Shown here one piece after another: positions 31,650-42,797 of a stretch of 64,000 nt of DNA. The DNA comes from an uncultured Chloroflexia bacterium (GTDB lineage Bacteria > Chloroflexota > Dehalococcoidia > GIF9 > AB-539-J10). The position numbers and the translations under genes are program-made. The notes beneath the pieces are model-generated. The model made no database searches. It was not told the DNA's origin and saw only the letters and a program-made list of their open reading frames with translations. The DNA lies in assembly GCA_963726175.1 (NCBI GenBank), contig CAVSBM010000012.1:13004-77003 (forward strand), in the 5' to 3' direction. The first letter of the stretch is position 1. Each line of letters starts with the position of its first letter.

Positions 31650-31920
31650 GAGCCGTGCACCTGCTCTCGATTTCCAAACCGGGAAGCTGTCTCTGCCAGC
31701 TAGCTCCAACCAGGCAACTCTATATCACACCAGAAATACTACTTACCGCTGCTTCCTTCCGGACCTGACGGGGTTCATAGCCTCCAGTTGCATAGAACCC
31801 GATCATCAACGCCGCTCAGCAAAAACAAGTCTAGCCGGCTGTCAACCTCAAGCAGGAATTCAGCCCCGCTATAGCGGTTTTCGGGTACAGGGCACCGCTA
31901 GTTCCCCGCCTAGCACGGCT
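31650..31920 (-). ncRNA. ffs: Signal recognition particle RNA, long (Bacillus-type, about 270 nt) form
   Basis: The minus strand carries GUCAGGUCCGGAAGGAAGCAGC (plus coordinates 31748-31769), the conserved SRP RNA domain IV. The 5' AGCCGUGC and 3' GCACGGCU form a terminal helix that sets the ends. The region is non-coding between the SDR gene and the RCC1 gene. Confidence 0.6.
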
Positions 31921-32067
31921 CAATTCATGATGTTAGCAATAAGCATTAGCGACGTCAACATGGGGATGTTTGCCGTTCCATGCGTACGCTGGGGTGTAAT
32001 CATTTCAAATGGACTTGACAACTGCATCACGGTCTTACATGGTTCAGTTGCGACAAAAAGACGTTGA

Positions 32068-34355
32068 TTACTCCACCTCCAAGTCAGCCTCTAGAAGAGG
32101 TGTGTCGATTGAGCTGCCGAGCATGGGACCGTCTAGAATAGGTCCCATGAGGCTAAGCTCGCCCATGGGGCCTGCGGCGACCACGGTGCCGTCCGGATTT
32201 GAGTCCTACGGTGTGAAAGTTAGCCTGCGGTGACCTGGACTGATGCTCCGTCCAGCCGCCGGTATTGCACTGCCCATAGCCATTGTCATCCCACGGCGAC
32301 CACGGTGCCGTCGGATTCAACCCCTACCGTATGATAGCCCGCCTGCGGCGACCTGGATTATGTTCGTCCAGCCGCCCACATCGCACTGCCCGTAACTCAT
32401 TGTCTCCCACAGCGACCACGGTGCCGTCGGACTTAAGGTCCCCACCGTGTAACTCCAGCCTGCGGAGACTCGGATGATGTCCGTCCAGCCGCTGACATTA
32501 CACTGCCCCGTAGCCGTTGTGTCCCGCGGCGACCACAGTGCCGTCGGACTTGAGCCCCACTGTGTGAACTGTAGCCTGTGGCATACCTGGACAATGTCCG
32601 TCCAACCGCTGACATCACACCTCCCGTCGCCGTTATATCCCACGGCGACTACGGTGCCGTCGTTTCTTAAGCCCCACCGTGGCAATGACTGCCTCCAGTG
32701 ACCTGGATGATGTTCCTCCAGCCACCGACATTGCATTGCCCGTAGTCGTTACATCCCACGGCAACCACAGTGCCGTTGGACTTAAGCCCCACCGTGTGCC
32801 ATTCACCTGCAGCGACTTGCGTGATGCTCGTCCAGCCACCGACATTGCACTGCCCGTAGTCGTCGTCTCCCACGGCAACCACGGTACCGTTGGACTTAAG
32901 CCCCACCGTGTGCCAGCTGCCTGCGCCTGCGTCGACCTGGATGATGTCCCTCCAACTGCCGACATCGCACTGCCCGCTAGTCGTGGTCCATCCCACGGCG
33001 ACCACAGTACCGTCGGACTTTAGCCCCACTGTGTGACTCGTTGCCTGCATCGACTTGGATGATGTCCGTCCAGCCACTGACATTGACGCTGCCAGTACCA
33101 GTTGTCCCCCACGGCTACCACGGTGTGGTCGGATTTAAGCCCTACTGTGTAAGCAGGGCCTGCGGCGACCTGGATGATGTTTGTCCAGCCGCTGACATCG
33201 CACTGCCCGTTCTCGCTATCTCCCACGGCGACCACGGTGTGGTCCGAACTTAAGCCCCACCGTGTGAGAGTCGCCTGCGGCGATCTGGATGATGTCGGTC
33301 CAGTCGCCGACATCGCACTGCCCGTCGTAGTTGTCTCCCACGGCGACCACGGTGCCGTCGGATTTAAGCCCCACCGTGTGGTAGCTGCCTGCGGCGACCT
33401 GGATGATGTCGGTCCAGTCGCCGACATCACACTGCCCGTAGTCATCGATAATGCCTTGTTCCGGGTCCTCGGGACTCCCACGGCGACCACAGTGCCGTCG
33501 GACTTCAGCCCCACCGTGTGCACCGCCGTCGGCGACCTGGATGATGTCCGTCCAGCCGCCGACATCGCACTGCCCCGAAGTCGTTCCATCCCACGGCGAC
33601 CACGGTGCCGTCGGACTTGAGCCCCAGCGTGTGATAGCTACCTGCTGGCGACCTGGACAATGCCCGTCCAGCTGCCGACATCGCACTGCCCACAGTTGTT
33701 CCATCCCAAGGCGACCACGGTGCCGTCGGACCTAAGCCCCACGGTGTGGTACGTCACCTACGGCGATCATGAACACGGCCTCAAAGTGGGCAGTGATTGT
33801 ATAGCTGTCCTTCATGGTGATGGTGGTGTTGGCATCATTAACATCAGCAATGGTGCCTACGTCGCCAGTCCATTTCAAAAACTGGTAATTTGCGTCAGGT
33901 TGAGCGACAAGGTCGACCCTCGTGTTAGCGGGATGGACAGAAATCCCCTCACCGGGTTTGATTACCGAACCACCTAAGGTGCTGGATACGGTGAGGCTGT
34001 ACCATCCTCGGTCCAGTTCAAAGTTGGCGGTTATGGAATAGTCGCCGTTCATGGTAATGGTGGTTGAAGCAGCATGGACATCGGCGATGGTGCCAACATC
34101 ACCTGTCCAGTTGACAAAGTGGTAGTGTTCGTCGGGCTCAGCGACAAGGTCGACCGTAAAACTGGCGAGATGGATGGAAGTCCTTTGACGAGGGCTTGTT
34201 ACCGAACCGCCTTCGGTGCTGGCGATTGTGAGGTAATAAGAGTCACCTTCACCCTCAGGACCGCCACAGCCTGCCATCCCGGCAATTAAGGCTACTATAA
34301 CCAAAACAGTGCCAACTCTGGCGATGTAATGGCGTCTCCTCGAATTGAGTATCAT
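32068..34355 (-). CDS. Large lipoprotein: lipobox signal, two divergent InlB B-repeat (Big-like) domains and about 14 RCC1-like 39-aa beta-propeller repeats. It is fragmented into at least 5 frames.
   Basis: Start MILNSRRRHYIARVGTVLVIVALIAGMAGC, then two copies of Y.LT...GGSV...Y.F..WTGDVGTIADV...TITM...ITA.F. Repeated units GQCDVGDWTDIIQVAAGSYHTVGLKSDGTVVAVGDNYD recur with a DNA period of about 113-122 bp. Periods that are not multiples of 3 break the frame. The C-terminus is ...IDTPLLEADLEVE*. Confidence 0.5.
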
Positions 34356-34427
34356 CTTCACACCCCATATTCGCCCTATAATACTTATCACAATATTATA
34401 TGAAACGATTGTTAAATTCTCATTAAA

Positions 34428-34492
34428 AAGAGTATCAATAGTCGTTGTGCCGTTTCCAAGACACACTATAGAGTTAGGAAGTCACCACTGCA
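34428..34492 (+). repeat. Dispersed repeat family B, copy 1 (about 65 bp; GAGTATCAATAG...TCCAAGACACACTATAGAGTTA..AGTCAC)
   Basis: About 80% identical to 56745-56808. It lies 70-130 bp upstream of the RCC1 lipoprotein start. Confidence 0.45.
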
Positions 34493-34518
34493 CAAAGATC
34501 AAGATAAAGGCAAGATCT

Positions 34519-34560
34519 TAAATCCCAAGCACCGAATCTCAAATAATATCAAAGCATAAA
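34519..34560 (+). repeat. Dispersed repeat family C, copy 1 (TAAATCCCAAGCACCGAATCTCAAATAATATCAAA)
   Basis: A direct repeat of 36344-36385. The two copies flank the fatty-acid CoA ligase gene. Confidence 0.45.
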
Positions 34561-34698
34561 ATGTGAATGACCAAAACGGTTTACAGTTTGGAATTTCGAT
34601 ATCTGGATTTGTTTAGAGCTTAGAAATTAGGATTTAGAATTCATCGGGGGATTGCCACGACTTCGCCTGCAATGACAAGAAACGCAGGACTCTTTCGG

Positions 34699-36247
34699 TT
34701 AGTTGTGGGACAGCCCTCTTTCCTTGAGCTTCCCTCTGGATATCTTCCCCGAGCTGGTTTTGGGTATGCTGTCTATGAATTCAATCCTTTTCGGGAGTTT
34801 AAAATCAGCCAGGTTCTGGCAACAAAGGTCGGACAGCTCTTTCGCCGTGGCACGTTGCCCTTCTTTGAGCACCACGAAGGCTGTGGGTATCTGTCCTCCA
34901 TAGCCATCGTTGATACCCACATACGCTACCTCAGCTACACTAGGGTGGCTCAGTAGTACGAATTCAACTTCTGACGGACCAATCTTAAGTCCGGAGGACG
35001 TAACTATTATGAAGGACTTCTTCTCTATATACTCTACGTAGCCCTCTTCATCCATCCTGACTAAATCTCCGGTGTAAAACCAGCCATCCTTGAGCACTTG
35101 GGCCGTGAGTTCAGGAGCTTTGTAGTATCCTTTCATCACCCAGGGAGCATTGAACACAGCCTCTCCTATTTCGCCCCTGGGAACTTCCCTACCATTGTCA
35201 TCCAGTATCTTAAGGTCACAAATTGGCTTGCCAACAGTACCCAGCTTACGACTCCTAGATGTGCTTATGGAAACGGCTGAGACTTCTGTGAGACCGTATA
35301 CCTCATACGCGGATAAACCGAGCTTGTCCTCCAAAGTTTCCATTAGCTTGGGAAAGGACTTGGCCCCTGCGCTAACCACCAATCGCAGGGAACTCAGGTC
35401 GTACCTTGCCAGCACTTCGTCGCGCACCATAGCCAGAGCGTTATACATGGCAGGAACGCCAAAGATGATTGTGCCTTTCTCTTTCTCCACAGCCTCCAGG
35501 ACAGCTCTGGGAGTAAAATTCGGGACAAGTACGACGGTGGAGCCTTTAATGATGGAACCAAAAAGAACCTCGAATAAGCCATAAAGATAGGTAAAAGGAA
35601 CAAGGTCTATGATGACATCTTCTCTTTTCCGTTGTATGCCTGCGGAGACTATGGGGGGAGTTCCCATAACGGAAGCATGCGTATGTACCACGCCCTTTTG
35701 CTTCCCCAGTACGCCAGACGTGTAAAATATGGTAGCTTCGTCCTCCCCTTTTAGATCGACAGCCGGTGATACGGAAGCAGCCTTAGCTATCATCCTGGCA
35801 TAAGAACGCTGAATCGACTTCGATTACATGCTTTAGCAAAGGAATGTGAGGCAAAACTGGGGAAAGCATCCGAGAAAACTTCTTCTCCGTTATCAGAATT
35901 TCGGAGTCGGAGTCCCGCAGTAAAGAGTCAAGTTCAGGTGCTTTGAGCGCAGTGTTGAGCAGCACCGCTACAGCACCACCTTTAATGACGCCAAAATAAT
36001 TGATGACCCACTCAGGGCTATGGGACATCAAGATAGCCACATGGGTGCCCTTTTTCATCCCCAGCTTCAGGAGGGCATTGGCTACCCTGTTGGAAGCTGC
36101 ATCCAGCTCACCATAAGTAATCCTCCGGGTACCAAGGACAATGGCTTCTTTGTGTGGGATTTCACTGGCAGTATCTTCCAGGGTCTGTTTAATATTCATC
36201 TCAGCCTCGGGAAAACCTGCGAAAGAGTATATCGCAACGCAAGGCAT
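34699..36247 (-). CDS. Long-chain fatty-acid--CoA ligase (AMP-binding enzyme), frameshifted near 35785-35800
   Basis: The AMP-binding motif region is IFYTSGVLGKQKGVVHTH. The C-terminal region is GWFYTGDL...SSGKISR. The N-terminal 154 aa ORF is in another frame. Confidence 0.7.
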
Positions 36248-36343
36248 GCCGTAAACCCCTTGTCTTCATTGAGCGCGTTAGTCACACCCCTCTTCTGTCA
36301 TTGCGAGGAGCGACAGCGACGAAGCAATCTCCCAAAGGGAAAT

Positions 36344-36385
36344 CCTAAATCCCAAGCACCAAATCTCAAACAAATTCAAAAATCA
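36344..36385 (+). repeat. Dispersed repeat family C, copy 2
   Basis: TAAATCCCAAGCACCAAATCTCAAACAAATTCAAA. It is adjacent to an inverted copy (36296-36333) of element 34647-34680 (GATTGCCACGACTTCGCCTGCAATGACAAG). Confidence 0.45.
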
Positions 36386-36661
36386 AAGGTCAAAGATAGA
36401 AATGACAGCTCGAAACGTAAAAATGTAGTGCGAGGCTTCAGCCTGTGCCAGGGTGGGACTGCACGACCTTAAAAGGTCGCACTACGATTGTGTTCGGAAC
36501 TTAGGTAATGTCACAGACACATAAGGGGACAAGGAATAGATTGCTGGGCAATGACTATTTGCTTATGACCTTGAGCATGCCATCGAAATCTGAAGTTAAT
36601 AGGCTACGAATCCCGTTGTTGGAAACAGGGGAATGGCAGGGTACGCGCTTCCCGGCTAATG

Positions 36662-37246
36662 TTACACCTTCGGTAATTGTTGTGGTTGCTGCTGGAATTG
36701 TATGGCAATTACTTCGCTTCCTTCTCCAAATAACTCTGACTTGATTTCGTGCACTAAGCCCCAGGACTGCGCCTCCTCGGGATTCAAAGTTATTCCTTCA
36801 ATCATGGCATCAGTAATATCTTTGGCGCCTTTACCGGTATTGGCTGCGATTACCTTAGCAATGTTCTCCATGTCGATCCTCAATCCATTTAATCTTTCCT
36901 CCAGCAGTTTCTCATCTAAATTCTGCTCCCCCCTAAATTGAGCATTAACGCCGTGGAACAAGAATCTCGCCTGAGGCACTGACAGCCTTTTCGAACCCGC
37001 ACAGTACAGGACGATGCCTATTGAGTCCACGCTGCCGAAATTGTGCGTAATTATCGAAGCAGGCAACCCTTTCAAATAGTTATATGCACTTAAACCATGG
37101 ATAACAGAGCCTCCCGGCGAAGAGATAAGGAGGATAAAATCCTTTATCCCTTGCTTCATTTTCTGGTCAACGGCACTCATCAGAGCATTGACCGTGGCAT
37201 CAATCACCGGGGCAAAGAACCTGATCACAACTGGTTTCGTAGTCAT
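36662..37246 (-). CDS. ClpP/S14-family serine peptidase-like protein
   Basis: ISSPGGSV, GSVDSIG (Ser) and FLFHGV (His) resemble ClpP catalytic regions. 194 aa. Confidence 0.5.
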   Translation of the reverse strand: MTTKPVVIRFFAPVIDATVNALMSAVDQKMKQGIKDFILLISSPGGSVIHGLSAYNYLKGLPASIITHNFGSVDSIGIVLYCAGSKRLSVPQARFLFHGVNAQFRGEQNLDEKLLEERLNGLRIDMENIAKVIAANTGKGAKDITDAMIEGITLNPEEAQSWGLVHEIKSELFGEGSEVIAIQFQQQPQQLPKV

Positions 37247-37411
37247 GTTTTTCCTCCTCGTTTGGGTTCGTACTCTACCTCATTTCTGTAAATCTGGCTT
37301 GATTATAGCAAATATCGTAGAGTCAGGAGATGATCTAGCAACTCTCTTTTACGAGCGCAAAGTCAACGTCGGAAAGCTTTGCTGTGCTATAATTGCACAC
37401 AGTAATCAGCT

Positions 37412-38128
37412 ATGAAAGACAGGGGTAAAGTAAATCTCAGAGGCAAGCTGGAATCTCTAGCTAACGACATGGGGGCAACCTACTTCGGTGTAGCTGACCT
37501 TGCTCCTGGCAGACGGCGTATTTCCGGGCAGGGTGGAAAATTTCTCACTCAGTTTCCCCGAGCTGTTTCTCACGGCTTCGTTCTTGCCGATGGCATTGTA
37601 GATACACTGGTGCATCACAAGAATGTTGCTGCCCTGAGCAGTTACTGGTATTACGTCTATCAAATCGTAAATCCTCGCATAGACTCGATTTCCCTGATGT
37701 TAGCCCAATCTCTGGGTGAAGCCGGTTTTCAAGCTTTCGTTGTCCCGTCGTCCCAAACAGTGGATAGAACCAGACTCGCTGGCGTGTTTTCCCACAAATT
37801 AGCAGCTCATTTGGCCGGGCTGGGATGGATTGGCAAGAGTGCCCTGCTCATCACACCGGAACACGGTCCCCGCGTGAGGTGGGGTACGGTGCTCACAGAT
37901 GCTCCGCTAGAAGCGGGAACGCCTATGGATGAGATGTGCCGTGACTGCAATTCATGTGTGAAAGCTTGTCCGGCCCATGCCTTTACAGGACAGGCTTTTG
38001 ACAAGCCCAGACCGAGGAGCGAGATATTCGCTGCCGAAGCATGTGACACCTATCTAGGCAAACGAGAGACTCTGCACAGGGCTTGCGGTATATGCGTTTA
38101 TGTCTGCCCGTTCGGGAGAAACAAGTAG
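37412..38128 (+). CDS. Short QueG-like 4Fe-4S protein (epoxyqueuosine reductase family, lacking the N-terminal half)
   Basis: CRDCNSCVKACPAHA and CGICVYVCPFGRN resemble QueG C-terminal Fe-S motifs. Only 238 aa. Confidence 0.45.
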   Translation: MKDRGKVNLRGKLESLANDMGATYFGVADLAPGRRRISGQGGKFLTQFPRAVSHGFVLADGIVDTLVHHKNVAALSSYWYYVYQIVNPRIDSISLMLAQSLGEAGFQAFVVPSSQTVDRTRLAGVFSHKLAAHLAGLGWIGKSALLITPEHGPRVRWGTVLTDAPLEAGTPMDEMCRDCNSCVKACPAHAFTGQAFDKPRPRSEIFAAEACDTYLGKRETLHRACGICVYVCPFGRNK

Positions 38129-38232
38129 GCAAAAATTCCTCTGCGTGATCTTCACAGTTTGCTTTTCAGAATCTGCGTCTTATGAACGACATCTCTGCAC
38201 AGCCATTATAGCTATGGTAATATTATAATTGA

Positions 38233-40272
<2,040 letters not shown>

Positions 40273-40614
40273 AAACCCTCTTAACTCTAAGTTAACTCGT
40301 GCGATATTTCATTATCCTCAGCCATAAAGCACAAGGACAGCTTTGCAAATGGGGCATAAGCACTTGGCGTTTTCCGGACTAGATTACCCAAGGCGGAATT
40401 GAATTTATTACTCAGTCTTTAAGGTGACTAGAAAAGTGCGCAATCCATCAGTTTGTGTAGTGAGGTAACAAAACAGGTCACTGTGACTCTTCTTATGAGT
40501 AAGAAAGTCCTGTGAATGGTTGCTTTTGGTATTGGCTTAAATCTTTCTCGAAGGGTGCTATCATACTTTTAGAGTGGTATGATATTCACAAGGAATAAAA
40601 GGAGGTTTGGTGTT

Positions 40615-41307
40615 ATGCCATTCGACTCTGCCAAAAAGATAGATAAAATAGAAGAAAGAAAGAATGTAACTATGATGTTAGGCGCATTAGGGGCGGGCCG
40701 ACAATCTGCATTTGTTGGTGCACCACCACTACCTATGAAGACAAAGACACTGGATGAGGAATGTGTAGGGATAGTTCTTCAATTTCTCACCGTAGAGAAG
40801 GAGAGGTGTGTTGAAATGTTTTTTGGAAGTTTTGCGAATGTGATGCAGACGATGCCCGAATTACGGAGGATTCCAGGTGATATAGATATTCAACTGAGTG
40901 TAGGCAAGCAAGAAGCAATACTTATCGTCAGCGAACTATTTGCAAAATTAGAAAGGATTGACAAGACTTTAAGGATTGACCCCAAAAAGCCAACGATAAT
41001 TGAGACAAACAAAAATGGCAGATGGGAACGCGCAGTTGACATCCATTATGCGGAAGAACCCCCGGAAGATGTATTATCTCCCTTAGCCCCCATACCTTTC
41101 GCAAAAGAAAGGACCAAAGAGCAGAAATTAACAGACACATTAGATTTTTATGTAATGTCTAAAACCTTTTTGGAATCAGCTAAGAGATATAATGAAGATA
41201 AATCAATCATAGAGCGGTGGGAAAACTTATTAAAGAGGTATGTCGAGTTGTGGGAAGATGAGATAGACTTTGATAAATTGGAGGTAAAACATAAGGATAA
41301 GGTCTAG
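40615..41307 (+). CDS. Nucleotidyltransferase-fold protein (Pol-beta superfamily) of unknown specificity
   Basis: GS-x17-DIDI (FGSFANVMQTMPELRRIPGDIDIQL) with a later acidic VDIH. AAAAGGAGG lies 9 nt upstream of the ATG. It sits in an AT-rich islet. Confidence 0.4.
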   Translation: MPFDSAKKIDKIEERKNVTMMLGALGAGRQSAFVGAPPLPMKTKTLDEECVGIVLQFLTVEKERCVEMFFGSFANVMQTMPELRRIPGDIDIQLSVGKQEAILIVSELFAKLERIDKTLRIDPKKPTIIETNKNGRWERAVDIHYAEEPPEDVLSPLAPIPFAKERTKEQKLTDTLDFYVMSKTFLESAKRYNEDKSIIERWENLLKRYVELWEDEIDFDKLEVKHKDKV

Positions 41308-41543
41308 TGCTTGAACTTTTCTAAGCGGGGTTTCTACAATTTGGCTTCATCGAGCCTTGAACTTTTTACATTGCAAGTGTTCCGCTCCCAGCCTCGTAGA
41401 ATTATGCTAATTTGCAAGTGACATTCCTATGCCTTACTGCCATGTCCAGTGGTTTGATCCACACGTGCTCTAGGTAATTGCTTTTTAGAGTTCAGATTCT
41501 TTTTCTTTGGATTTAACCTAATCCATTCCGCTCTTATTTGTTG

Positions 41544-41894
41544 TTATGTTCTGAGGTTTTTATCGCCTCGCATGATCCCATCAAGCAACTTCTCCGCATT
41601 TGTCGCTGGTTTGCCCAAAACCTTTAGAACACTCAACACTAGCCAGATAAATAAACCACCTAAAATCACGATGGCAGCAGGTTGGACATAAGGTAGCCAA
41701 GGATAATCAACACGCAAGGCAGACGATGTAGGCGTCAAGCCGCTTCCTTGAAACACTACAAATACCGCCATGAATACGCCCGCTGCCCCGATAACGTTGC
41801 CAAGACCGGAACTCTTCTCGTTGCTCAGGAAGGTAATCCAGTCACTCAAAGTCAGCCCTACATCCGACGATTGTGTGCCATTATCTTTCTTCAT
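41544..41894 (-). CDS. Small two-TM membrane protein, convergent with the NTase gene
   Basis: AGGAGG lies 8 nt upstream of ATG at 41894. 117 aa with two hydrophobic helices (VIGAAGVFMAVFVVF and AAIVILGGLFIWLVLSVL). Confidence 0.4.
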   Translation of the reverse strand: MKKDNGTQSSDVGLTLSDWITFLSNEKSSGLGNVIGAAGVFMAVFVVFQGSGLTPTSSALRVDYPWLPYVQPAAIVILGGLFIWLVLSVLKVLGKPATNAEKLLDGIMRGDKNLRT

Positions 41895-42797
41895 TCTTAT
41901 CCTCCTTCTCGGCTCCAAAGTAGAACGCTTTAATTTCTCGTGCTTATATTATACGGGGGGTTCAAACGCCAGGCAAAAAGTAATCTAACATTCAGCCAAA
42001 ATATTACCTTTTCAGGTAAACTTGCTGGCCTTCTCACTAGCCACGATATACATCGTAATCGCAAATAATTCTCCGCTTTAATTCTCATTTTCGGGGGTGG
42101 TTTAAGTTAGTGTGGTTTATGCAGCCTTTCCAAAATAGGACATTCTAAAGCGGACAACACCGCCATGCTATTGAGATGGGTGTCTATTCCTCAGCATCAT
42201 TCTCACAGCCTCCAATCTCCAATCTCTCTATTATCTCCATCTCTCTTCTCCATTTCTCCCTCGGAGAAAACGCGACATTTTCCCCTTGTTCGAACAAAGA
42301 ATTCATGCTAATTTGTGCTTAGAACCCCGTGTGCTGCGTCGTCGACAAGATTCTGGAAATCGCCTCCCTGCGTCACTCCGCCGATCTGCACGGCCCACAA
42401 ACATAAAAGGCAAATGCTGACGAAACGAATCCTACGTACTTTAACAACTGAATCCGCCGCGGGTGGCCGCCTTACGTATGAAAAAGAGCTGTTGGACTCC
42501 AGAAAAAATAGCCGTTTTTACAAAACGAATCATCCCGGCTTCCCTGCTACTGTCGCCCATGCAACTTCTGTGAAATGGGATATTCTAGAGCGTTAAGACT
42601 AAATACCGGCGAATATAAGGCCATTTAGCCAATAGGGCCTAATTGGTATGGTGTCCTTCGAATTCCGGAAAAAGAGGTGGAGGTGTGAATGCATCCACCG
42701 ACGTAAAGGTCTCACAGCCTCAACCAGGTTAGACATTCCTCCACGTTCCGGACATGCATAACGCCAAACATCGTAGCCACGATACCTTAGTGTATAA

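Noticed and set aside
31920-32100. Possible tmRNA in the non-coding stretch next to the SDR gene (CTCCACCTCCA near 32071 looked like a CCA end)
   Set aside because: It has no GGGG...CUCCACCA acceptor pairing, no T-arm and no tag-peptide reading frame. The adjacent region 31650-31920 instead matches SRP RNA domain IV on the minus strand. Position 32068-32073 is the stop region of the RCC1 lipoprotein.
32474-33735. Plus-strand ORFs (32474..32701, 32679..33023, 33041..33253, 33174..33620, 33451..33735) with repeated HGNHSAVGLKPHRV motifs
   Set aside because: They are antisense read-through of the RCC1 repeat array. Their repetitiveness mirrors the minus-strand coding repeats.
32170-33760. Regular approximately 117 bp repeats that look superficially like a CRISPR-like or satellite array
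   Set aside because: The units are about 117 bp with no unique spacers. They translate into conserved RCC1-like protein repeats on the minus strand, so this is a coding tandem repeat and not CRISPR.
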